Shown here: one piece after another, positions 1 to 13,307 of the stretch
How positions within the stretch are numbered: the first letter of the stretch is position 1
Layout: each line of letters opens with the position of its first letter
Source of the DNA: Lingula anatina
Taxonomy: Eukaryota; Animalia; Brachiopoda
Direction: 5' to 3'
NCBI GenBank assembly: GCA_051362555.1
Contig: CM120642.1
Coordinates: forward strand, 34,038,001-34,102,000
Length of the DNA: 64,000 nt
The notes under the pieces: model-generated
The model's database searches: none
Told to the model about the DNA's origin: nothing
Seen by the model: only the letters and a program-made list of their open reading frames with translations
Made by a program: the position numbers and the translations under genes

Positions 1-31
1 GAAACTTCTTGACGGAAAATTTACTTAAAAA

Positions 32-34
<3 letters not shown>

Positions 35-100
<66 letters not shown>
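35..100. repeat. (TA)n microsatellite; other simple repeats at 581-630 (GT), 14053-14201 (poly-T then TC), 50436-50493 (TA), 54285-54340 (GA) and 58202-58254 (poly-T)
   Basis: Directly visible. Confidence 0.95.
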
Positions 101-104
<4 letters not shown>

Positions 105-578
105 GTTTATTCCCAATTTTCAATACCTTTTATCAATACCATTCAATTGTTGATGCAAAAAATCTGATAAAATCCTTTAATACTCAATATCATAACTAAA
201 TTTAATTTTCCAATTTCCCATAGGCCACAACAAATAAATCAGATACTTACCAGATAGATATCTGATTTTATTTTAACAAGTAACAATCATAATCCAATAA
301 TACCAAAAGACAATTTACATTCCACAGAGGTTATTAAAAGAAATTGATGGACGCGGTCTTTGTGGTCACTTACACCATGCTGTGGTCAGGCAGGTTAGTA
401 TGGACAACCACAAATATGACCAGATTAGATCAAGGACATTTATATCTTAACCACAACATAACTGGTGCCCTGCTGTCTTCACATCCAGTCATGAAAAGAG
501 GAAGAGGTGACTTCAGGAATATATTTCTCTCTGAATATTTCAGTTTATAAAAGAAAACTAAGTATGGAAATATCAAAG

Positions 579-627
<49 letters not shown>

Positions 628-2297
628 TGTGGAGGGGGGACCCCTACATGCTGAAACACATGAAACAAAATTCTTTATTACAATGTATCTACAAATTAAA
701 GTTACCAAATGACCAACAATGTAGCACCAATGACAAAATCTGTAAACTACCTGTGAATAAGATTAGAAAAATATCACTTTCTACCAGCAAAAGTCTTTCC
801 TCTTTCTAACAGGTTCAAACTTCAAAACTTTTTTCTAAAATTGCAGTCACTTTAAACAGGCAACCTATTGACTCACAGATACACAATTAATAACCTTTGT
901 ATATCTTTTCATTTTTTAAACTGACATGCTAAATAAGGTGTAGAGGAATGGTTGAAATAAGCAAAGAAATCACTTAGACCAGGTAATTGAGGTCAAGGTT
1001 ACTGCACTCTTAGAAATATTACCAGAGAGAAAGATATGAATTCAGGTTTGTCAACTTTTAGTAATAAGCATATTATCCCCATCACCAGACTCCCTCACAC
1101 ACAAGATAAAATCAACAGGAGACCCACCACAGCAGGATCTGGTTACTATCACTGAGCTGTTCAGATACAGTTCCCTGACCACAAACTTAGTTTTGTTTCC
1201 AGACAGTAAATACTGAGACAAAACAATCAGTGTACTGAAAGTCAGCATCAACCATGAACTGTGGCTTTCATGTGAGGAAGTAATCTGCTCTTATAGGACA
1301 TGACAGAATTGTGGTGACACATATGAGGCTCATTAATTATTCTCTAATTGAGAAATGATAAAAGCATGGTACTCAGTGATTCTATTTCAACGTATGTAAA
1401 TATTTTAATCACATTTAATACCACACCATGTTGTTGATTGCTAGTGGTTGTGGGATGACATGACTTACACCGTGACATGGCAATTTTTATTTCATCTTTT
1501 TTCTCAGTTCAAATTCTGATGCAATTATATACTGCTTACCTGTTTAAATGCAAAAAGAATATGACAGTAGTGATTATATTCCCGGTAAATATATTATTCA
1601 TAATTTTTAGCGTATATTCTTTTTTGCATCACAACCCCTTAGATCACATCTTATTCATGTTGAACACATTCAGTCTCACCCAGCACAACTTCAGCAAACA
1701 CAATCAGTATCTCACCTAACACAATCAATTTTAGCAAACTCAATCAGTGTCTTACCTAACAGTTTCCACAGTGACCCCACAGTTCACCACCGTTTGATGT
1801 CATACAAAGTTTGAATTTCAAGTTGAATCCAGATGAACATCATGGTTAGGATGGAGCCTATTGATTTTCATAAGGCTCATGTTAATTGGCAATTAAAAAA
1901 TCTGCATTTTTTTTATGTAATCTCATCAAAGTCTTGTTTCCAAAAGATTGGTTCCCAGATTATCTGATAGAAATAACACAAAAAGGGTAACATAATTACC
2001 TTTTATGAAATCAAGTGCTCTGAGGATTCTTGCACTTTTGTCAAAAAAGAATATTCACTGCATTTTTATTAAAAATAGTCAAAATAGGATGTTTTTCCAC
2101 ATTTAATTTCAATATATTTTTTTCTACGTATAATAATAATTATAACAATAACATTCTTTCAGCTTCAATCAGACTGATGTTAGCTGTTGTTATTGAGAAC
2201 AACATCACCAGAGTTACAGTCTGCCGAAAAAGAAAAATACACTAAGGATGAGACTGTGAAAACTGTTTATTCAGCAGTTAGTCACATCACTGACTTA

Positions 2298-2520
2298 GAT
2301 CCCATCCCCATACCTATATCGATCTAGCAGGATTAACCCAACTCTGAGGGGATTCTCTCTTAATTGCATTCAAACAGAGCTGCTTAACGATAGTTAATTA
2401 CCCCCTAACAGCTTCAGTAGGCATGCCAGACACAAGAGCAAAAGCTGAATGTAATTTAGCAAAAAAAACCTTGGGGATGGGTCAAGTCTGCTATATCGAT
2501 CTAGGTACAGGACTGGGGTC
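2298..2520. mobile_element. Harbinger/Tourist-like MITE
   Basis: Imperfect TIRs of about 35 bp and a 3-bp TSD TTA. Related to copies at 40430, 60777 and about 60995. Confidence 0.7.
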
Positions 2521-3099
2521 TTAGTCTATCCACAAAAAAAAAATCCACTTTCACATCAAAACAGACTGTAGTTATGCTCCTGTTACCATCACACAGTGAT
2601 AGTCTATTTTATTGTTTGGGACACTGCTAAGATTTGGTGGAAGATCATAATTTTAAATAAATAATAAAATGGAAAATAAACCCCAGTGCCAGTACCTCAG
2701 AACAAACTGGAGCAGAAGGTGCTCTGTATTTCTTCCTGCAATATGATACACAATCATGTGATTAGTGCCATTAACATAGAAATATATGTAATTGTACTTA
2801 TATGTCATATACAGGAAATTCAGGAGCCACAGTGCTATTGTAAAGTGGATCTGTAAAGTAATATATAAATAAATAATGAATTATAATAACATAATGAATA
2901 TGCTAAATGCTGATGGCAACTTTCATATTATAGCCAGACTTCTGGATCAGCAAGAGGGAAATTTTAACATTTAAAATAAGAGCACCAAAAAGTTTTAATT
3001 TTGGCGCAATTGCATCATCATAACCAAAACTAGAAAAGTCTCCATCCAATGACGTTTTACCCCTAAATTTTCATTCTACAATGATTTAGCTTTTTTATT

Positions 3100-3428
3100 T
3101 TTGATTACTGATTATTGATTTTTTAAAAAACTTTTTGATTGATTATTGATTGATTATTGATCCAGATCACCACCAAAAACTAATCATCTGTTCCTTGGCC
3201 CACTTCTGACAGTTCCTGAAAATTTCATCAAAATCGGTCCATAACTTAGTTTTTTGATTATTGATTATTGATTGATTATTGATCTGGATCACCACCAAAA
3301 ACTAATCACTTCTAAGTTAAGCCATTTCTGACCTACCCTGAAAATTTCTGAGTTATGTTGATGACAAACAGACAGACAGAAAGACAGACAAACAGGGGTG
3401 AAAACATAACCTCCTTGGCTGAGGTAAT
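3100..3428 (-). mobile_element. HINE/Helentron-like non-autonomous element
   Basis: Terminal hairpin acctc-cttggct-gaggt (3409-3425), an adjacent GACA microsatellite, and two internal repeat units starting gatcaccaccaaaaactaatca. Confidence 0.6.
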
Positions 3429-5039
3429 TAAAGCAATTCCATCATAAAAATAACAATCAAGGTGACAGCCAACTAATTAGGTCCAATCACTGGTGGACAA
3501 CCCGACAATTCATTAACAAATAGTAAAGATTAGTAAAGTTTGGTCGACAGTATCATTAACCAAGCTGCTTTTAGCTAGCATTATATACTGTTTTTATATC
3601 AATGTATTTCTTTTGAATGACTATTTCCTGTGTTAACTTGCATCCAGAGTTGTTTTCTAGAGTGTACTGCTATGAGTTGAGCATTTTAGTATGACCCTTA
3701 ATGCACCATTCCTGTAGGACTTCATTCCACTACATCATGCGTGAGAGAAGTTGACATATTGGCTGGGGATCATGGCCTGTATCTTTTCCATAGTTGACCT
3801 TTCCAAAGAAGATAAAAACCTTTCCAAAGAAAATAAAGTGATCCAACCCCTGCATCTAGTTTATTGTCAACCTCTGTAATGGCGGGTTCCATGAGAGCAA
3901 TAACAAAGTAGTTGACATTGGATATAGTTCCTCATTGTAACACACTGTTTTACTGAATATCTCATGTGATTACACCTTCTATAGGACACTACTGGACACA
4001 ATACTCCAAACACCAGGGGTTGTTAAACAAAGGTCTCGCAAACCCAAATTCCCACTCTCATCCAATCTTTGATTTTCTTAAACTCATTCACACTAAGTGA
4101 GATAACAAAACAAAGTTGATTTGTAGAACATATTTCATTGCACATAACACATAGTTGACTGCGTGACCAGGTCACAGCATTTGGCAATATCAATGAATAG
4201 ATTCATTTGTTTCATGAAAATACTGTTCAACATTCAAACAATGAGTAAGATGCAGTCACATTTTATGTATTCTTTTTCTTTAGTACACAAGCAACATATT
4301 TACACTCAAAGAGATCTCACTCTACAACATGAATCTCCAATGGTACCCCATGGTACCTTCCCATGGTACCTTCCCAAGGTACCATACCTCATGGTACCTT
4401 CCAATGGACCTCTATGTTTCAAGTGTGTACAGTAAAGTGGTCATAAGCTGTTGTTGAAATTAATACACAGCTTTGCTACAGTGCATGTTCATTTTAATGA
4501 AAAGTAGCTCATATAAATAGCACAATCAGATACTAGACTTTTTTAATTGTTTGATTGTCTCAACCATATGAAACCAATTTCTGAGTACACATGTATGCAA
4601 GTAAACTGATTAAAAGAATTCAACAGTTTTCATCTCCTGTGCATTTACAAAATTCAGATCTTCAATATTGGTCCTACTGAAATGTTCGTAAAGATGTAGA
4701 TGTTTGATTTGCCCCACATAACTACAATCATTACAATACAGAATGGCAGAATGGAATGGTTTGGACTGCTTTGCTTACAAAGACATTTGTCTCAACTGCT
4801 AGTATTGAATTTTCAATAATGAGTCATAGCTTTATCCAATATTCAAAATTTATCCATTATGCACAGTATTAAAATTATCACATTCTCACGGAGCTGATAT
4901 TGTTTAAGAAGGACAGTAAACATGAGCAGCACACTGATCAGAACCATTTCCATGGATCTTAGTCTTGGACACAATCTCACCAGGTTCCTGGCACAGCAAG
5001 CACAATCACTGGTACAGCAGATGTCACAACTAACACAAT

Positions 5040-8000
5040 CTAATCTGTCTTAGCCAAGGCAACCACAGTGAAGTGGATATTATCTGGATCCCTTGCCATG
5101 AACTTCTTCACCACTGCCGCAGCATCCTGAGCAGATAAAAAATAAAGCAGCTTTTTATCAATGAACTAGAGAAAATTTCCTCAACTGCAGTTTAGACTGA
5201 ATTAATGACTCACTTCAATATCATGCCACAATCCCTCTTCTATAACAAAAGCGGGTATGAAAATCCATGCTTTCAGACCTACCAATATCTCAAGTGTCTA
5301 ATTAAGAATTCTCTTACCATACATTAAAACAAACCAAGTTGAAAATAATAAAGGTGCCCTTATCATAATTTTTTTTTCACATGCAAATTCCAAGTAAATA
5401 TCAATAAAATCATGTCTTAATTCATAACTTATAGCAAACCAGTTATGGTAGAATGCTTTACCTCGAGTAGAGTATCTGCAGTAGTGTTGCCATGACGCTT
5501 TGGAGCATTTTTACGTCCATCTGCATAAGAAACAAAGAATCCAATGAAATCAACAAAGGAAACAAATCTCAATGGAAAATTTACAATAATGAACTCAAAT
5601 CATCAACTTTTTGTATTCCTGTTATCAATACCTTGCAAATTTTGCTACAAAGGATCTGACTGAAGTTTGTCAACATTTAGCAATCAGGAGATTATCGGTA
5701 TCACCATGCTGAACACAATGTGGGTCTCACCTAACGCAATCACAGGCTCAGTTATCACACTCAGTCTCAACTGTCACAATCAGGGTCTCACCTATCACAA
5801 TCAGCCTCAGCTTACACAATAAGGCACAACAAACACAATTAGGGTCTCAGATACCACACTGAAGACAGTGGACCATGTAAAATCATACTACGGTCAGAAT
5901 TCATGGTGAACACAGATTTTTCATCCATAATATTTCCTTTACTGATGAGTTATATCGCCATGTTTTAGAACTTACCCAATTCATAGAGACCACCATTATT
6001 ATGAACAAAGGTCACGAAATGGAGGTCGACTTTTTCATCTATTGGTGGTGGCTAGAATTTTACATGAAGCATATTAATATTAACAGGACTGTTCTTTTTC
6101 AAGTAAAAAATACAGGTAGTTAAATCATTCACCAAGCACGTCTATCTTGCGAACTGGTGTTACAAATTAAAGTATGCTGAACAAAAAATCAGATTTCTGT
6201 TATCCCATGGCAAATATTTTCATATACAATACAGTAAACTGCAGCATTTCAAATCATTCTAGGTTCTGTTGTGCAGTGTATATATATTTTAAAAAAAACA
6301 ACAAAACACAGACAGATGTATTCGCTCTTTCTATGATGTCAAATATAGTACCTGTGTCTGGCCCTCTTGTGCACTCGCTTCATGGGCTGCTCCTATGTCC
6401 TGAGTAACAAATAATAAATTATAGAGATCAATTTGACTGGAAACTTTAATCTTAAAATAACATTATAAATAAAAGCATTATCTCAACTTGGTAAAAGAAA
6501 AGAAATCCTACATTCTCAATACATTACCAAATACAGTAAGGCTGCATTTGAGGAGATCCAGTTTGTTGAGGTTTACTGATGAAAATTTCTAGTTAATTCT
6601 AGTTAATATGGAGTATTTCTATAAAGACACAAAGAGGTGGTTAAACATGGGGCTTTCAAAACATTGGAAATGAGGCCCTTTTTTTATAAAAACTGTAGAC
6701 ATTTTGATGAGAACATAATACAATTCTACATCATGATAGTACTAGTACATTTAAATACTCCACTTTGGCAGTGACAATCTTCAATTAAAAAAAAAACGCT
6801 TGATTTTAATTTTTATATAACTCTCAGGTAATCATTTCTGTTCTGCAAACATTGTTGGCAACAACAGCCCAGTTAACATAAGACTACTGACTCTCATACT
6901 ACAAATATTGTCATAACCAAAGTCTCTGAAAACTGAGTTCATCCATGCTAGGAAAGTTGTTATCTATCGTATTCATGTACTTAACTCTTCATTCATATGT
7001 TTTCCTCAGTCACATCTTAAAAGGGACAGAGACATATCATGAAGTATTCAAAAATATGTTGACCGAAAAAATGCAACCATCACACCCACATCAGTACTTA
7101 CTGGGTCTATTTCCAACTTCTTTGCTCTCTCATCAGGACTGATATCTTTGGTTTTGGCTAGGAAGTTAGCTAGAAAGTTATTACCTCCTACAAAAATATG
7201 GAAATTAAAATGTATGCAAGAACAGGAATACAACACAGCCATTATTTTTGCTTGCCAAATAACATGTCAAAACTTCCAGACTGAATGCTTGTTCCAAATT
7301 AAAATTTGGCAAAATTTAAAAGGATAACAACTGTTCATTTTGGCCAAAAAATGAATTTTTCTGGGGTAAACAACAATTTTCCCATAGTTAACAATGCTTA
7401 ATGAATCCATTTCTACATTCTGTGTTAGTCCCCTTTTTTTCGTAAAAAGTTTGTTTTTTTGTAATAATCTCTTAAGAGGTTATTACAGAGCATAGCCATC
7501 TATGGAGGTCATGTGGTCCAATGACAAGCACAGATTTCAGAATAATTGTCATAAATGCCATTTTTGTGGTAAAATAGAATATATCATATTTTGTCTCCTC
7601 ATCAACACAAGCGAAAGGATAAGTAAAGGACAAACACAAATGTAGTGTTCGAAATTTGGCCGGTAGCGTCCGCTTTTATTGAAAGGTCCCTCTAGTAAAG
7701 AATGGAGTTAGATATTATATAGCATTAGATAATGTTAATTAGTTAAAATTACTTAATGTTATATCATAAAAATAAATATCAAAACCAATAGTGCAAATAT
7801 TTTCATTTGTGGGGTTGCAAAGACCAGCACAGATTTCAGAATAATTGTCATAAATGCCATTTTTGTGGTAAAATGGAATATATTATATTTTTATGAGTTG
7901 CTTCCAATATATTTATTATGAAATATAGATCTCATACAAAGAGCTGTTCCCCCTTTAAATATTTTCCTTTTTAAAGCCAAACTAAATTTCATTCTACCAT

Positions 8001-11000
8001 CAACCTAGCAAGGACCTAAATTGTCCTATTCCATATGACAACTTACCAGCCAAAGTGATTTTGTCAGTGTTATTTGCCAGGGCATGGATCACGCCAATGG
8101 TTCCACAGGCATTTCCAATGGTCTGCTTGATAAAGTAGACTTCTTTGTTCTCCTCTTCCACACCCAGTGCTGTAGCCTCAGACTGTGAAGACACAGAAAT
8201 ATAAACCATCTTGAAACTTTTGTTACACATGCAAAGTGATTGTGGTACGTGACTGGAATTTAGATCTTTAAAATATTTAGTTACAGGGCAAAATGGTTAA
8301 CAAAGCTATGATAAAAATTGCAAAACAATTCTTTATTCTTTCAGATGAACACACCAAACAGCTTTGTAACAGACCTTCTCAGAAATGGGGTACAATAGTA
8401 GAACCGCGGCTACAGGACGGGGCACCATAGTTAACAGATCTGCATCCAATCCAAAGACATCCACAAATCCATAGGGCCCCTGCAGACCCAGCTGCTTAAC
8501 AAACTGAAGAACAAAAAGTTGACATATATTAATAGACAGTAAGATTGTTATACTGGATCATTTACAAGTGACTAACAGCTTTCTAAAGACAGTAAGTTTA
8601 GGTCCTTTCTTATGGCTCGAAACGAACATTTTTTCACAGCGTTTGCAGTGCCATTCTGTAGATCAAAATGACCATGACGGGAACATACTGCGATGCACCA
8701 TCTGATAGAATATGAACAAAAAACACCATCTGATAGAATATGAACAAAAAACAGCTTCTTTAAATGTCTTAACAAATAACAGATATAGTAGTAGCTTCTT
8801 GCCTACAGATAACATTACTCCAAAAGGCACTAAATAAAATTCTAAATGAAATATTCAATTCAATTTCCCAAATTTTCATGGACTTCATGCAGCTGTATTA
8901 TCTACTCAGCATTTGGCTAAGACACATATATGTCATGTTAGTTTTGACTGAAAAATCAATTATTTTTGTTATGAGCTTTTGTTACTAAATGACTACATAT
9001 ATAAAAAAAAACACTTAAGACATGTATTGCACAAATGCATTTTTCATGCCATTTAGTTGTATAATCAGAAAGTATCCCAAGACCAGGTTTGTATTGAAGA
9101 AAGAGTGTAAGTTTGTAAAGACATATGAAGTACATAAATCACTTCTTGTTGAACTTATCTGAGAATAAGTAAGTTTTTAAACAGATTAATGCCATGAATT
9201 AATGATGCCGTAAGTGATCAAATTTATCACCCTGTGCAGAGCTTGCAACCTTGACAGATTTGAATGGCATGCAACCCAGACATTGCACCTCGATGGTATT
9301 GCAGAATTTGAAAAGCTTACACTAAAATGTGAGTCAAGGAGATTTTTCATTTTCCCAGAAAGTTACAAAGTTTTGGCAAGTGTTAGCAAAGGAGAATCAA
9401 AGATTGATAAGTCAGATAAGTCATGGAAAATGTTTTACCGAAGAAAATTTGTTAACATTCGCTTATTCGTGGGAAATCTTACTCTGTTCAACATTAAGTA
9501 GCATCAGAAGGCTTACATATAAACCATTCAATATCAGAATTATAATAAAACTATTCAAAGTAATAAAAAATCAGCAGAGGCCAAGCGGCTAAACTTGAAA
9601 GTCAGTCTTCATCTAATATGCAAGTGCAATTCAGAAATAATCAATAAGCTATATAATGTCAGCCATGAGCCATACCCAGTTAACGATGATTTATTATTCA
9701 GACATTATTCTCCTTTTTTTCTCAATCCAATACATGCAGCACAAGATCAATACAACAGCACTGTTTACAGCAGGGAATGCTCAGCCAGACTGTACTTGAA
9801 AGTGCTATTACTTGCTTCAATAATTTTTAACAACTTTCCTAGATATTGCTTTGTTAAGCTTCAAAAGAATGACAACAATGGGCAATGAAATAATAATAAT
9901 GATAATAATAAACTGACAGTTTAGTTTTGGTGGCATGGTTGAGGGTGGGAGTGGAAGTGGGAGGGGTGAGGATATAAAAAAGAAGGGGGGGGAGAATCAA
10001 AAAAATTGGGTCAGCTAAGATATGGATAACTATATACCTGTACAAAACAATTACGGTTCTGATAATAAGTTTCCATAACTTCACAGTGAATTTGCTGGTA
10101 TTATCTAGCAAAATTGTAAATACTGCACAAAATATTATTCAAAGTGCATAAATAAGGACTTCTAATTCTCATCTTCAGGAATTACAGTCATGCATATATA
10201 CCATAGCTCATCCACAGCTGTATTCCAAAAAACCTGTCATCTACCCTTAATCATTTCTACAAAGTATTCATGTCTTGTTTAGTTCAGAATAAGTCTAGAC
10301 CATTGCATCATCTGTTCTCCACGTAGCATACATATCCTCAGACATTATTGATTTTTTTTCTGAACTAAAGCATTGCTAGACACTTCTGATTCATCACAAT
10401 GACGCATTGCTGCATTTGCAGAATTCATGAGAATATCTTTCCACTCATGTTAAAACTGCAGGATTCAAGATAGCAGGGGATCGTCTTACTGCCAAAACAC
10501 AAACATTATAATGAACATTGTTTCTATTGCAACAAATACCAAATAGCTGGACATATTATATTTGTTTCATGTATCCAGACCTCAGGGCCACACATTAGTT
10601 ATAGGGCACAACATGGATAACCCACAAGTCTTCCATATAAGCTAGTTCTTATGTTCACAAGCATTTCACATGATATGTTTGGCTGTATGTTATAATGAAA
10701 ATCTGATATAAGTTCATCGCCATAATGTGCTATCTAGTACACTTCTAGTCATCAATGTTACTTGTAAAAATACAACTATCTGAACAATTTAAGCAAAGTT
10801 GTCTCTTCTGCTTCTTTGAACATATAAGAAATCCTGTTATATCAGCCCTGCTGATGTAACCCACACATTCTACTGACATGTTATGTGACATCAACAAGCA
10901 GGTATTTGGAAATAACAAGTCAAACATCTATGACAAGATCAGTAAGGTGAGTCCCTCAACCCTTTAGCACTTCAATCCTTTCAAAAAGAAAATGTGAACC

Positions 11001-11470
11001 TTCTGTAGGGCGTCAGGAGTGTTGAACCTGTCACATGGGTAATATTGAGGTTCAGTGCTACATGTGCCGCCTTGCGCCATGTTGGGCTAAAACATGGACT
11101 GATTTTAACACTCGGGGTGGCTCACCTTGTTCATCACCTGAAAGCATATCAAAATAAATGGTTTAAAGAGAAAACAAAAAGTAGTCTTAACGTTTAGTTG
11201 CATGGTATGCTTTATGGTGTATTGGCTTTTTAATTAAACGTCTCGACATTTTCATTTTCCCTATCGACCTCAACATTGCGGGTGATACTGATTCAGCGCT
11301 TTCTTCCAAAGCACTTGCACGTTTTAAAAAGACCAAATGTCCCCACTCCCAGATATTCATACAAGTGTGCATCATATGTTTCTTTACATAGAAACACCCA
11401 TTTAAGTCTATTTACTCTTAAATTGACTTACGTCTGGGTTGGACTCCAGAGGTAACCATCTTGGTGCCAT
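5040..11470 (-). CDS. UCHL3: Ubiquitin C-terminal hydrolase, UCH-L1/L3 family, 9 exons, about 223 aa
   Basis: Exons (minus): 11470-11432, 11137-11126, 8503-8375, 8182-8047, 7187-7102, 6399-6352, 6051-5976, 5520-5462, 5126-5040. All introns are GT-AG with consistent phases. Starts [13 protein letters not shown]. Catalytic motifs [10 protein letters not shown] (Cys), HFVTFV (His) and YELDGR (Asp). Confidence 0.95.
7320..7954. mobile_element. Second, more degenerate copy of the same TTAA MITE, with an internal insertion/duplication
   Basis: TTAA at 7316-7319 and 7955-7958. Shares ttttggccaaaaaatgaatttt and gaaatatagatctcatac with the 25158-30395 copy. Confidence 0.8.
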
Positions 11471-11691
11471 GGTTGTGAGTGAAGTATTCCCCGGCTTGAT
11501 GACCTCTGACCTCTGAATGTGACTTCCGTATCGCAACTAACGCAATGAAGAACATTTACCTGTAACAACAGTGAGTTTTCGTTGCCTGTTGATGACTAGC
11601 ATTGCCAAGTAAAATGTACTTGTAACTGTAGAGAGTTATGATACATATTGGCACTCTACCAACAGGTGAGTATAGATTGTAGTAGAAAAGA

Positions 11692-11853
11692 CAGACCCGT
11701 ATCCAGGGGGGGGGGGGTCCAAAAGAACCGCCCCTTTTGCTGGGAAAAGGTCCACTCTGGGTAAAATTTGATCTAGGTACATGAAGTTTTTATGGAAAAG
11801 GTCCACTATTTCAGAAAAAGAACCCCCCTTTTAAATTGCTGGCTACGGGCCTG
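11692..11853. mobile_element. Small MITE with 5-bp TSD (possibly hAT5-like)
   Basis: TIR CAGACCCGTATCCAG / CTGGCTACGGGCCTG, with AAAGA duplicated on both sides. Confidence 0.7.
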
Positions 11854-12782
11854 AAAGATCTACTCAACCGCTCCATCCTTAGACATTCACTTGCCAGACT
11901 TTAGGGCTACAGCTTTTATTACTCGGTAGATCATTTCCCACACAGTTTCAGTGACAATTCTCCACCGCGCAGATTTAGTTTGTGCTAAACATGATCTTCA
12001 GTTACAAATTGGAAAGAGAGTATGCACTAATTACAGACCTACATTTGGTGCATAACTTCCAAGCTATTTAACCTGACGTGTTATAGCCTATAATTATAAA
12101 ATGAGGTGTTTGCCACAAACCCGTATCTTGGAAAACAATTAAGACAACGCTTCTGATAACGTATTTCCATACAATAACAATCAACGCTACAATATACGTA
12201 TAAATATAGACCATGTAGGGGGACTCAAGTGCATCCGAAAGAAAACGTGAGTTAGTTAAATGTATGGTACCCACCGGTAATTAAAAAATCCGTCCTTGAA
12301 AAAAGTTTCCCAGTGAATACAGGACCTGCATCAGGTTAAATTTTAGTAGATGACGACTGCAATGGGCTAAGATTGGATAAAGAAGGCCAAGACACAAGGA
12401 GAGATCTTTTATATTTCACACGGTGACGTTTGTTAGCCTAATTAGTATTCAAGTTAGTTTGATGTGATCACGCCTTCGAGTTTCTGAGCGGCATCCATGG
12501 CATCGGCAACATTTTATTTTTATCATGAGTAGGCGGTCGGGTGTATAATGTTTCACAAGCATTTTGGTTTATATCTGTGCATACATTGCAGTGTGGGAGG
12601 TGACGACGGGATGTGAATTTTGTCCCTTAACCTGTCATTTAGCTATTACTGTCCCCACGCACAGTTAAACCAGTCTGAACTAACTGTCCTTCCATCCTTG
12701 ACAACTGTCATTAAGGAACGTCACGTGCCGACAGTTTGACTTCCTATTGGTTACGATTGGTAATCACAGTCAGTGGCGTGGC

Positions 12783-12818
<36 letters not shown>

Positions 12819-13307
12819 GGAAGTTTACGTTTCCGATGTCGTTTTTAGGGAGCAAAATCACACTGTACTGCATGCCCAGGCGGTTCATATCTACTTAAAT
12901 ATTATAAACATATCATTCTTTTCCCTTGAAGTTTGCTTTACAGAAAATCCTTTAAACGAGCTCCAAGTTAAGAAAAACTATAGAAAATGTGTTTTAACAC
13001 TTTCACTTTAATCGACTTGGTTGTGTTATACAAAAATGTATATCGTAAAATCACCGTTTTCACCCAAAAGTAATTTCTTACCTGAAGAATTTTCGATGCA
13101 CGATGTTTGTAAAGTTACACTAATCGGGTGCCTCCTCACCTCGTGACATCTGGTCGTCCATTCACGAAATCGAACAGGAAATATTGATCCGTCATTAAGG
13201 TGCAGTCGTATTAATACAATGCCATTGATTCTGTTCACCATTCAAACACACAAGAAGACTCACACTTACATTCCAAGCCATTTCGGGAAGTTTTCAACAC
13301 CGCAATC

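Noticed and set aside
9030-9620. Possible Penelope GIY-YIG remnant ([12 protein letters not shown]) with a hammerhead-like tail
   Set aside because: Too degenerate to support without a profile search; no intact CUGAnGA/GAAA core.
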